A DNA stretch of 63,634 nucleotides, filler included, from Octopus bimaculoides (lineage: Eukaryota): NCBI RefSeq assembly GCF_001194135.2. It is 5 parts of 5 records of this genome, joined end to end, with 100 filler letters (N's around TTAATTAATTAA, not from the genome) between each part and the next. Parts side by side here need not be neighbours in the genome. Positions count along the whole stretch, not along the records: positions 1 to 28,530 come from NC_069001.1; positions 28,631 to 58,429 come from NC_068983.1; 3 more parts are not named here. One strand, given 5' to 3'. The number at the start of each line of letters is the position of its first letter. The stretch's first letter is position 1. Shown in pieces: positions 24,943-35,760 of the stretch. Below the pieces are notes generated by a model, which was not told where the DNA came from, did no database searches, and worked only from the letters and a program-made list of their open reading frames with translations. A program made the translations under genes and the position numbers.

Positions 24943-25085
24943 TTTAATAAAAATTCCTCCTTGTAATGATTTTGCTTTCATTTTGTGATAGACAGCTATC
25001 ATGCAAAAAAAGCCAGTTTTCCAAATCCTATTTCCTGATTAGGTAAAATTGATTAAACTTTAAACCTCAGTAACATTTTTCTGCA
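24943..25085 (-). repeat. Right arm of the inverted repeat (partner 21199-21342)
   Basis: Reverse complement aligns to 21199-21342 at high identity (by-eye alignment). Confidence 0.9.
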
Positions 25086-25478
25086 GCTTTTCTGGAACAA
25101 ATAAATAACAAAATCAGATTTTACATGGAAAATTATTTCAATATACCAAATTCGAAAATTTGAATAACCAGTTGCTAACCATTTATTCAAATGTACTGGA
25201 TGAATAGACACACATGTTTGAGTGGTACAGATTAGTGAGTGGAAAAAACTGGTGACTGCATAAACAAGGGTGCAAATACATATAAGCATATAGAAACAAA
25301 TGAGCAATTGAGTACAATTGTACTATGCCGTACTTCACTTGTATCCTTATGTTTGCTCTTACTCTTATTCTACTCTATTTAAAAGGATAAACACACCTTA
25401 GCTACTCTTAACTGACTTTTATATGTGTTAGCCCCCCCCCCACACACACACACACACACCCAACCCAACCACTTAAAC

Positions 25479-25601
25479 CCTCTGAAGAAGCCTAAGGGCA
25501 CATCCATTATCCAAGTCTTATCTGCTCATCCCTGCTTAACACTGAAGCGATGAAGATAGCCTGGAAGATTTTGTTGCCTCTTGGCAGAAACGGCCATAAG
25601 G
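25479..25601 (+). ncRNA. Putative minimal hammerhead ribozyme-like motif with long stem II and ~74-nt loop insert
   Basis: cct-CTGAAGA(25482-8)-a-gcctaagggca...tgcctcttggc-a-GAAA(25587-90)-C-GGCC-ATA-agg. Stem I cct/agg; stem II 9 of 11 positions pair; palindromic loop 3; C.A mismatch where canonical is C-G. Confidence 0.55.
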
Positions 25602-26680
25602 AACTAGCACCTACACACCCATTTAGCTTTTTGCCAATTTGTTCATTTGCTCATTTGTTTCTTTATGCTTATATGTATTCACAGCCTTGTTTATGCAGTT
25701 ACCAGTTTTTTCCACTCGCTAATCTGTATAACTCATACATGTGTGTGTATTCATCCAATACGTTTGAATAAATAGACATACTGGAATGTTTACCAGCTGA
25801 TGTCTGTCGATTTTATATCCTCTCTGTTTTCTTATTTGCCGTATAAATCAAGGGTAAACCACTTTTTACTCTCACCCATGTATAATGCTCAATTGCAAGA
25901 ATGCCATGCAATAACTAGCACCTGGCTGTGAATAATTAGGTACACAGCAGTATATAGTGCTATCCCTTAGTTGGTTTCTCAACCTCTGACTCACACAGAA
26001 ATATATNNNNNNNNNNNNNNNNNNNNNNNNNNNNNNNNNNNNNNNNNNNNNNNNNNNNNNNNNNNNNNNNNNNNNNNNNNNNNNNNNNNNNNNNNNNNNN
26101 NNNNNNNNNNNNNNNNNNNNNNNNNNNNNNNNNNNNNNNNNNNNNNNNNNNNNNNNNNNNNNNNNNNNNNNNNNNNNNNNNNNNNNNNNNNNNNNNNNNN
26201 NNNNNNNNNNNNNNNNNNNNNNNNNNNNNNNNNNNNNNNNNNNNNNNNNNNNNNNNNNNNNNNNNNNNNNNNNNNNNNNNNNNNNNNNNNNNNNNNNNNN
26301 NNNNNNNNNNNNNNNNNNNNNNNNNNNNNNNNNNNNNNNNNNNNNNNNNNNNNNNNNNNNNNNNNNNNNNNNNNNNNNNNNNNNNNNNNNNNNNNNNNNN
26401 NNNNNNNNNNNNNNNNNNNNNNNNNNNNNNNNNNNNNNNNNNNNNNNNNNNNNNNNNNNNNNNNNNNNNNNNNNNNNNNNNNNNNNNNNNNNNNNNNNNN
26501 NNNNNNNNNNNNNNNNNNNNNNNNNNNNNNNNNNNNNNNNNNNNNNNNNNNNNNNNNNNNNNNNNNNNNNNNNNNNNNNNNNNNNNNNNNNNNNNNNNNN
26601 NNNNNNNNNNNNNNNNNNNNNNTATTATATATATATATATATATGTACACAAACACACACACACACACACACATATATAT

Positions 26681-26839
26681 ATGGCATTAGGAAGGGCATC
26701 CAGCTGTAGAAACTCTGCCAAATCAGATTGGAGCCTGGTGTAGCCATCTGGTTTCATCAGTCCTCAGTCAAATCGTCCAACCCATGCTAGCATGGAAAGC
26801 GGACGTTAAACGATGATGATGATGATGATGATGATGATG

Positions 26840-26840
<1 letters not shown>
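26681..26840 (+). mobile_element. Tail-only copy of the RTE 3' end with (GAT)n
   Basis: Near-identical to 22815-22960. Confidence 0.9.
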
Positions 26841-26888
<48 letters not shown>

Positions 26889-27080
26889 CCAGGGAAAATG
26901 CTTAGTTGCATTTGGTCTGTCCTTACATTCAGAGTTCAAATTCTGCTGAGATCAACTTTGCCTTTTATCCTTTTGGGGTCGATAAATTAAGTACCAGTCA
27001 AATATTGGAGTCGATCTAATTGACTATCTCCCTCCCCTCAAATTTCAGGCCTTGTATCTAGAGTAGAAAGGATTATTATT
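26889..27080 (+). mobile_element. SINE family A, 5'-truncated
   Basis: B-box gagttcaaattc, core and ...agaaaggattattatt tail. Confidence 0.85.
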
Positions 27081-27124
27081 GTTGTTGTCATGTCCTTTCT
27101 TCTGAGTTATCAATGTCTCATCTC

Positions 27125-27345
27125 AGTTCCTTCCTGCAGCCTAGAGACACATTTTCCTCAACATGAGCTGTTCCAAGTAACACTGCCACCTGTGTACTAG
27201 CTACAAAGTTTGGTATTTGCAGCTTTTCATGCCAGAATATTGCTGCCTTTGAGATGCTCTCAAGTGCACTGATCACAATAGGTAATGCACTCACTTTTGA
27301 AGCTTTATCAATACTTTCCACTTACAAAACTTCTCGACTTTCCCC
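27125..27345 (-). mobile_element. R4/Dong-like RLE C-terminal fragment
   Basis: ORF 27118-27321 LPIVISALESIS...LQIP...QVAVLLGTAHV matches the C-terminus seen at 50010-50230 (IPIVIGALG...VLMGTAHILRK). Confidence 0.65.
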
Positions 27346-27474
27346 TTCTCTCTCTTCACAATATTCTGGTTGGCATCACTTGCCTCTGTGTTACTGAGGT
27401 GGGTGCAGCAGTGTGTGTTCTTGTTTTTATTGATGTTGGGGGACTACAGACACTTCTCAGTTTTATTATCATTA

Positions 27475-27697
27475 AAGGTGGTGAGCTGGCAGAATCATTA
27501 GTACACTGGACAAAATGCTTTGTAGTATTTTGCCTGTTGCTCTGTTCTGAGTTCAAATTCCGCTGAGGTCAACTTTGTATTTCATTCTTTTGGAGTCGAT
27601 AAATTAAGTACCAGTGAAACACTAAGGTCAATGTAACCGACTAGTCCCCTTCCCTAAATTGTCAGGCCTTGTGCCTTTAGTAGAAAGGATTATTATA
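27475..27697 (+). mobile_element. SINE family A
   Basis: aaggtggtgagctggcagaatcattag...gagttcaaattccgctgaggtc...tagaaaggattattat. Confidence 0.9.
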
Positions 27698-27723
27698 AGT
27701 GATATTGTTTTATAATGACTATG

Positions 27724-27940
27724 AAAGCAGTGATCTGGTACAGCTGTTCAAGTGTCAGGTAAAATGCTTAGCAACATCTCTTCTGGTTTTATGTTCAGAG
27801 TTCAAATCCTGCTGAGGTCAACTTTGCCTTTCATCCTTTCAAGGTCAATTAAATAAAGTACTAGTTGAGTACTGTGGGTGATGTAACTGACTTCCTCCTC
27901 AAAATTGTTGGCCTTGTGCCAAAAATTAGAAAGAATTGTT
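27724..27940 (+). mobile_element. SINE family A, diverged
   Basis: aaatgcttagc...gagttcaaatcc...tttgcctttcatcctttc...ggccttgtgcc. Confidence 0.8.
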
Positions 27941-28321
27941 GTTGAGGTTATTACCTTACATATTACAACTTATCACAAACAATTTGCATTTAACTCTCCT
28001 GCCAACATCTATAAGCATTGATGTCTGTGTCTTGAAACACCTTAACCATTTCTTAACAATTCTGTACTAAATTTCACAGGGAAATTCACATACAATCCAG
28101 AATAATGCCTGAATAAATAAAAAATCCTGGGTTTGAAACCCCCTTTAGAGGAAAACAGGAATGAGCGGAGAAAAAGAGATGTAGAAATACTGATAGTTGC
28201 AGTGGAGTAATAGTTGAGAAGGGGTGTTACTGTGAAGAACAGAAATGTTAGTTTGTCACCTTAATCTGTAATTTTCTTTCTTTCTTTACTCTTTCTTGCC
28301 TACATTTCATACATTTAAGGT

Positions 28322-28530
28322 CCTCTTTCCATGCTAGCATGGGTTGGACGATTTGACTGAGGACTGGTGAAACAGGATGGCAACACCAGGCTCCAATCTA
28401 ATTTGGCAGAGTTTCTACAGCTGGATGCCCTTCCTAACGCCAACCACTCAGAGAGTGTAGTGGGTGCTTTTACGTGTCACCCACACGAAAACGGCCACGC
28501 TCGAAATGGTGTCTTTTATGTGCCACCCGC
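28322..28530 (-). mobile_element. RTE 3' tail copy (runs into a gap)
   Basis: Reverse complement of the tail at 22780-22945. Confidence 0.88.
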
Positions 28531-28843
28531 NNNNNNNNNNNNNNNNNNNNNNNNNNNNNNNNNNNNNNNNNNNNTTAATTAATTAANNNNNNNNNNNNNN
28601 NNNNNNNNNNNNNNNNNNNNNNNNNNNNNNTAAAGACTTGGTTTGTTTACGCTTTTCCCTCCGGTTTTTTGTTCTATGTGTGCCATAAATATCGCCATCC
28701 GTTTTAGAGAAAAATTTGTAGTTTAGAATCAGTAGTTCTTTGACTGCTATTTCTAAATTTTCAGTATGTTGGAGAAGCAACTCGATTGCTAATCCCTGTA
28801 TATTTATGATTATATATATATATATATATATAGATAGATATGT

Positions 28844-28880
<37 letters not shown>

Positions 28881-28904
28881 GGGAGAATTCACAAAAATAT
28901 CTTT

Positions 28905-29375
28905 TTTCTCTTTTATGTTTACTCTTTTCATTCATTAGACTGCAGCCATGCTGGGGCATCGCCTTGAATTTTTAATCCAATGAAGAGACCATAGTTCTTC
29001 TCTTTGAAGTTTGGTAATTATTTTATCGATTTCTTTTACTGAACCGAGAGCTTACAGGGTCAGAAGCACACATTTGCAGCAAAACCGGTTTTCAAGCGGT
29101 TGTTATGCAATAGTCAGCCACAAACACAAAAACACAAATACATACACACATCGAAACACACATATACAAACATCGATACACACCCACACATCGATATACA
29201 GACTCACCCGACGAGCTTCTTTCAGTTTCCGTCTGCCAGATCCACTAACAAAGCTTTGATCCGTCCGTGGCTACGGTGGAATACTCTTGCCCAATATACC
29301 ATGCAGTGTGACTGTAGCTTGAGCCATATGGTTCAACAGCAAGCGTCTTACCACACAGCCACGCCTGGGCCCATG
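28905..29375 (-). mobile_element. Complete but diverged SINE family B (tRNA-like head, internal CA-rich tract, 3' tail)
   Basis: Head on the minus strand from ~29372 (ggcgtggctgtgtggtaag...), ...ggaaactgaaagaagctcgtcg, CA-rich interior 29120-29205, tail cagccatgctggggcatcgcc at ~28940-28965. Confidence 0.7.
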
Positions 29376-29599
29376 TATAGTACAGTAATATTATCACCAA
29401 GTACTGTTTTGTCATGTGCAAACTTTTGGTTAGTTAAAATATGTACGTGAAATATTTCAACTGCTAAAGGTAAATTCACTATAATCAATTTACCTTCAGT
29501 ATTTCACCAACATATTTTAACTAACCTACAGTCTGCTTATGCTTAAACTCTGCTTCGTGTTGAAATCACTATAATTTCCTTGACCATGGCGGTCTACTG

Positions 29600-30030
29600 G
29601 CACAATTTAATACTTTGCATAAAAGATAAAAATTGTAAAACCTCATCCAGAAATGAAAATATTTTCCTGCCACACATAGAATTCAGGTAATACCTCTCAA
29701 TCCACAAATTGGCCGCACTCTCCAGTAGCTTCACATATCCATCTGAATTACGTCTAAGCTCTTCTCCTGCAGTTCATGCTTCAATTCCGGCTTGCGTGCG
29801 GAGGTGGTCCGAATAACTTCTGTATTTTTTTGCTGACCATGGCTACGCAGTCTTCGTTGTGTTTGTACATGTTACGTTGTATAGCCTTTACACTGTTCAT
29901 AGAGAGTTGAGCAGCAGTCATTATGACGGCATTTTGACATCCGGAGTGAATCTTCATGACACAGGTAGATTTTTTGCATTACTCAGATAGCCTCCAGTCA
30001 TCCATATCAGTTAACTTTTCCTTAATCACA
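29600..30030 (-). mobile_element. Internally deleted, decayed Tc1/mariner-superfamily transposase remnant (maT/ITm-like, tentative)
   Basis: Minus-strand MKIHSGCQNAVIMTAAQLSMNSVKAIQR (HTH-like) joined to NSDGYVKLLES..NLWIER (resembles the segment before the second catalytic D). TIRs not found. Confidence 0.45.
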
Positions 30031-30122
30031 ACTTTAATAATTTTGCACTCCAACGCCGGTATCTCTTCATGTTTATATGCATATATGCTATAATAAATTT
30101 TGCTTGAATTCCTGAAAATATA

Positions 30123-31536
30123 CACTGAACCGGAAAAGAAACGCAATTTTTTCAACTGCCATTTTCATATGGTAAATTCTGAAAATTATTTTCGGAGATG
30201 TAAGTTTAAATATTCCAAGATATGATACGAGATACCAAAACGCGTTAAACGGTGATGGTGGCAGTCGGAAACAATCGTCATGAAAACATGAAATTTTTTG
30301 GAGAATATAGGAATAAATAATAACTTCAACCGCATTCCTGGCATTCGTAATTTGGACGAAAAATGTGACCCGATTGTTAGCAGAGCAGAGAGAACATGCT
30401 ATCGGCGGATTGTAAGCAGGGCAGGTTGTTGCGAAAGCTTGCAATTTCCTATCAGCACCATCTGTCACCTGCAACAGCGATACAAAATCACCAACAGCAC
30501 TGCAGACCGTGCCCGCAGAGGGCGCCCCCGGGTAACCACGTCCAGGAAAGAGTGTCTTATCCACCTGCAACATTTTCTTGATCGTCTCAGACGAGCTGGC
30601 GTGACACGAGACCATTGACACTAGACACCGACCCATCAGCGAAGACACGGTACGACGTCGACTGGTCGCCTATAACCTGCGTTGCCATCGTCCTGCTCGA
30701 GGGGCTGTCCTCACCACCCGCCACCGTCAATCATTACTACAATGGGCTACACAAGACCAACGTTGGCGGCATCAACTATGAAGGTCGATAGTCTTCTCCG
30801 ACCAGAGCCAGTATTGCGTTTCCACCTCGGATGGCAGAGTGAGGGTTTGGCGTAGGAGGGGTGAAATCTACAGATTCACATGTTTCATGGAGAGAGACGT
30901 GTGGGGTAGACAAAACATCAGAGAATTGGGCTTCATGTGTTCCAAAATGTTGGTGCAAGCGGTGGGAATGGCATCATATCGCAGCGCTACGTTGACCAGA
31001 TCTTAAAACCTCACATCGTGCCCTTCTTCGCGTGTCACCATAGCCACGTGTTCCAGCATGACAATGCTTCCTCCCAGTGACATCTTGCGTTTGTACATCA
31101 GAACAATGCAGGGGCGACTGTCAGCCCCGATTTGAACCGAATTGAACACCTGGAGGATGAGATCCAGAGACAGCTGAACCAGATGGTACTAAGCCAGACA
31201 ACTCATGTGGAACTGGCGGCAGCTTTCCTCAGGGTGTAACCACAGGTGCCAATGGATTTTGTGAACCGCCTCATGCTCTCCATGTACATACGGTGTATGG
31301 CCGTTTTGAACACCCAAGGAGGGCATACACGGTATTGAATATGTCATGCCCTACAATCTGGATGTGCTGGATCTGCCCACTATCAGAACAAATGACAACG
31401 ACCCATATATAGACAGTGGTCAAACTGCATCCAAGAAATTGGTTTTATTAGATTTATCAAAATTTATCTCTGACATAATGAAATTAAAACATATTTCACA
31501 ATGACACACGTCTCGTATTTCTTTTGCGGTCCATTG
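30123..31536 (+). mobile_element. Tc1-family DNA transposon (~1414 bp), imperfect TIRs, TA TSD, decayed transposase
   Basis: Left end ta|cactgaaccggaaaagaaac; right end (reverse complement) ta|caatggaccgcaaaagaaat. Transposase pieces RGRPRVTT, DTVRRRL, VFSDQS, FQHDNA, PDLNRIEHL at ~30390-31340. Confidence 0.9.
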
Positions 31537-33119
31537 TAAATTGGCAAGTGCAAGAGCCTACTAATAAATTACAATAATTTTAATTAATTTCTGATATATT
31601 AATTGTTGCTTTTCAATTAATGCAAACAAATATTCTCGAGGCAACTTGCTAGAATAATATATTTTTGCCTATCTCATTCTCTTCGCCATTGTTTTCGGTC
31701 ACAATTATCTGAAATACATGGTTGTATATTTTTGTATCAATATATTTGCAGACTTCGAATTAAAGCAAATTGACTTTTACTTTCATATGTCTTTCTCTTT
31801 ACCTATATACAAGTTTAATCACATCTGGTTAATTCCAGATTGTATATATAGTCTATACACACAAATATTTAACATTTTTCTGATTCTCTCTCCGTACAGA
31901 TAACTGTACGTACATACTTGTATAGTCATTTATTCTTTTATTTGTTTCAGCATTGCAGTCTTCCATACCAGGTAGCAGTAATCCTGCTTTAACATTGCGG
32001 CCCTTATCTGTATCGCATGCCAGGCCGTAGGTTTATCCTCTTATCCATGATAATGGATAAGAGGACGTCCATTTCGTTTTTGAAGATATTTCCGTCCACA
32101 TTCTATAAGTTTCTTCATTTTTGTTTTTTTGCAGAGCATTCAAGCGCTTTGAATCATAAGCTTTTACACTATATGACTCTAGATGGGGTGGACAGTAACT
32201 TTGGTGCAATGAAGTGGCGTCTAGTTCGGGCAGTTGTATAAACACTCGATGCCAAAATTAGGTACTTGTATTTTCAAAATTTTTCATATGCAGATGATTA
32301 CATATCTATTGCATCTTCACTTCAGGGAATAAAGACATACATTTTCATATGTATATACATATATGCATACATACATGGACAGATAGACCACATTTATTCA
32401 ATCTTTATAGGAAGGATTATAGACGAATTAACACATATCTATTTACCTAATTTCCTTATCCTTATTATCCAACGTAACCACACTTACCAGGGTCCAGTCA
32501 ACGGGGAACTAAGTCCACACTGTATCAGGGTATAGTATAATATATATATCAAATGGATGTTTAGTAAAACTATTCAATACAATAACAGCCATACCAACAA
32601 CAAATAGTGTTGTTTGGGAACACATATACCTAAATTTTTATATATACATTAATTAATAGCGACAAAAACCGTATTAATGCCAAAAGGTAATATGTATCTC
32701 TGACTTAATCTAGATGTAGTGTTAGAACAATGAGTACTGTTTATTTTCCATGCATGGACCTGTCATATAAACGTGTTGTGCATAAAAGCACCAATGTTAA
32801 TATCGCTGACAAGCGAAACCTTTCCCTAAAACCACTGGAACTGACTAACGAAGCTATTTTGTCATAAATTAGGTTTGTCAATGTCAGACGTCTAGCAGTT
32901 GATATCCCCGTCAGCGAAATATAGAATCTCAGTGTACAGACAGACACTGGTGGTAAAAATAGCTACTGGGCTTATTTAAAAGTAATTAAAAGTGACAGAA
33001 ATAGTATTAATATCGGTCTCAAATGTTGGCTCAAGGCCAGCGATTTCGGGGAAGGGGAATAGTCGATTACGTCGACTGCAATGCTGAACTGGAGTTTCAA
33101 AAACTATAATCTTTTTATG

Positions 33120-34330
33120 TCATTTGAAAATAATACCCAAGTAACTAAATTCTTAGATGTCACTCACGACTTAGACGCGAACTTCTATCGCCCTTACTAT
33201 AAACCGAATGAGTAACTAGAATATATCACCGTTTAATCCAATCACCCTGCATTTACACTTAATTGCATCGTCACTGGTGTTTTGTCTCAGAATTTTTAAC
33301 CTATCAGCTAATGATGATATGTTAAATGACCAAGCCCCTTACTATAAACAGGCTGTCAGATTTCCAGCTACCGCGAGATCCTTTATAGCCCCGATACTAA
33401 ACTAAAAACAAAACTTACATTTCTCTTTCACAATATGGATCTTTATCCCGACAACCTTACCTCTACCATTCCATTTCCCATCAACCTGCAACTGATTTCC
33501 TTCATACCCAATACTCATCCGATCTTTGGGCAGCGTCTCGGGCTAAATAATTTCAATCCTCCCCGGGCATATCTGCCCATTACATCTCCGCTTCCTAAGC
33601 CCTCCAAGGGTAGAAAGCGGTAGATCTTATGGTTCGGGCTACCATTCTCTCTTTAGATTCAGTCTTTACTCAAGCTTACTTTTTCCTTTTCAAAACTGTA
33701 GTTCCCCACTACAGTATAAATACTAACCTGTCTTTCATTGATCTACTCTGCAACACCAAACTTGGGATCTATAGGTGCATCTTGTAACAGTGGCAGACTA
33801 AGCCCCCTGACTGTGGATTCTACGATTTATTCACCTGGACCCAACCTCATTCACTTGATAATAATACTAAGACACTCGGAAACCCTGCTCACTTCAATAA
33901 TAGCAACCCCGGTTCTACCACCTCTACTACTAGCAACTAGATCACATATAACAGTGGTGACACCCTCTTCATCCCAATACTAGCAATGATAACACCTCGA
34001 CGGTCCTTTTTTGAGGATGACATCATTGGATGGCGTTTGCATATGCTATAATGTAGTATATAAATTCTGGGTAAGAGCACCAAATCCCCATCAGGCTAGG
34101 GTCTACAATTGCGGCACTCTTGATTTGAAGCCCCGCTACCGGGCTCCCATGAATTCTTTCTCAAATTTATCATCTAGACTTTCCACCTTGCTGCATACAT
34201 ACACAACCTAAAGACCGAGGTTATTCACTATACCTTATCATGATCTATTGTGTTCGAGGCTTCCCTATTTAGTAATAACCGACGTGTTTGTAAACTGTGT
34301 TCAAGGGTGTCGCCTGCTACCCTTCGCCAT
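33120..34330 (+). mobile_element. Penelope-like element remnant (RT thumb to linker), highly decayed
   Basis: KFLDVTHDLD..YRPYYKPNE..EYIT..SNHP at ~33145-33250; ILWF..PFS at ~33625; YSATPNL.SI at ~33743; N/S/T-rich linker follows. Confidence 0.65.
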
Positions 34331-34638
34331 CATAAGTGCACGTTACTGTATAGGTTCTGTGACATAATCTTTTTATGTAAGTACAAATTAGTTTCCACTT
34401 TTGCCCATTACGCAAAGTTTGTATAATTTCTTCTAATTATGATTAAGTCAAAACTTGTTACTTAGCTATGCTGGAAGCAGCATCCTTCTTTTCTCATACT
34501 ATCTCTCTCCTACTTCTCTCTATTATCCTTGTCATTTTCTACATATCTCGGCATAACTTCCTTCTAAGCTACCCCACCGTGGTTTCTTGAATTCTTTACT
34601 TGCCTCTCCTTGCCTTTCCATACATCCAGTTTCGGTCC

Positions 34639-34681
<43 letters not shown>

Positions 34682-35481
34682 GACACTCGGAAACGCTGCT
34701 CACTTTAATAATAGCAACCCCGGTTCTACCACCTCTACTACTAGCAACTCGATCACATATTACAGTGATGACACCCTCTCCATCTCGATACTAGCAATGA
34801 TACCACCTCGATGGTCTTTTTGAGGATAACAGATCATACGAACCAGATCAAAATAGCAACTCGATCACATCACATTTACGGCCTGCTCTTCTCTATTCTC
34901 GTCGTACCTCCTCCGCTACACTTCCCTCATTCTTTAGCTAATTCCTCGTCCTTTCCTATCTTTCTTCACAGCCAGCAATAATTCCTAATTGATTTAAAGT
35001 CTACTTAGCTAATTAAAAACCTGTGTATTCTCTCCTTAATATTCTGTATTTTTAGGTTCGATATAAATATTTGCTTAAGCATATAAATATCTCTATGCCT
35101 GTACACGTGTTTAACTTCTGATTATATATTTAGTTATATATATATATATATATATATATATACTAATAGCCCGTTGTTAAAAATGCACCGTTACTACAGC
35201 GGGTCAAATGTAAATTTTAAACAGTGATACGTTGTGCGTCTCAATTCTTTCAGATGTGAGAAACACAATAAATCCACAGCTCCCGTCAGTCACATATATC
35301 AACTCAAAAATAGTAATATTCCATATAACTTGTCATAGTTCATAATACTTTCAGAACTGCAACTGTAACGTCCTACATATGATTTTAATTTTATTCTTAT
35401 TCTCTTATTTACCTTTATACTTCCTATATCCATCCTTTTCCAAAATTGAATTCCTATTTCTTGCCAATTGACTCTCCCATA

Positions 35482-35533
35482 TTGTCTCTGATGAAGAGTT
35501 ATCCCTAATATCACAGAAAAAGCTGTAAAACGA
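35482..35533 (+). ncRNA. Degenerate minimal hammerhead-like motif (short stem II)
   Basis: ttgtct-CTGATGA(35488-94)-agagttatccctaatatcaca-GAAA(35516-9)-a-AGCT-GTA-aaacga. Palindromic loop 3; the canonical C after GAAA is A; stems are imperfect. Confidence 0.4.
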
Positions 35534-35729
35534 CCTCTCTCTTTATAGATATCCTATAACTTCCACACAGACTTCACTTTGTTGTCTCACTTTATTTAAT
35601 ATATACACGGTCAAACAAGACCCGCATTGGACACCCCACTGATACTATTATCGAACTCAGAATCTAACTACGGTCCTCCCTTAGCACTTACATAGCCTTA
35701 CCTGCCATCGTGGGTCTTCTGGATACCAC

Positions 35730-35760
<31 letters not shown>

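Noticed and set aside
28575-28586. TTAATTAATTAA islands between N runs (also ~58474, ~60590, ~62013)
   Set aside because: The identical 12-mer always sits between gaps, so it is an assembly or linker artefact rather than biology.
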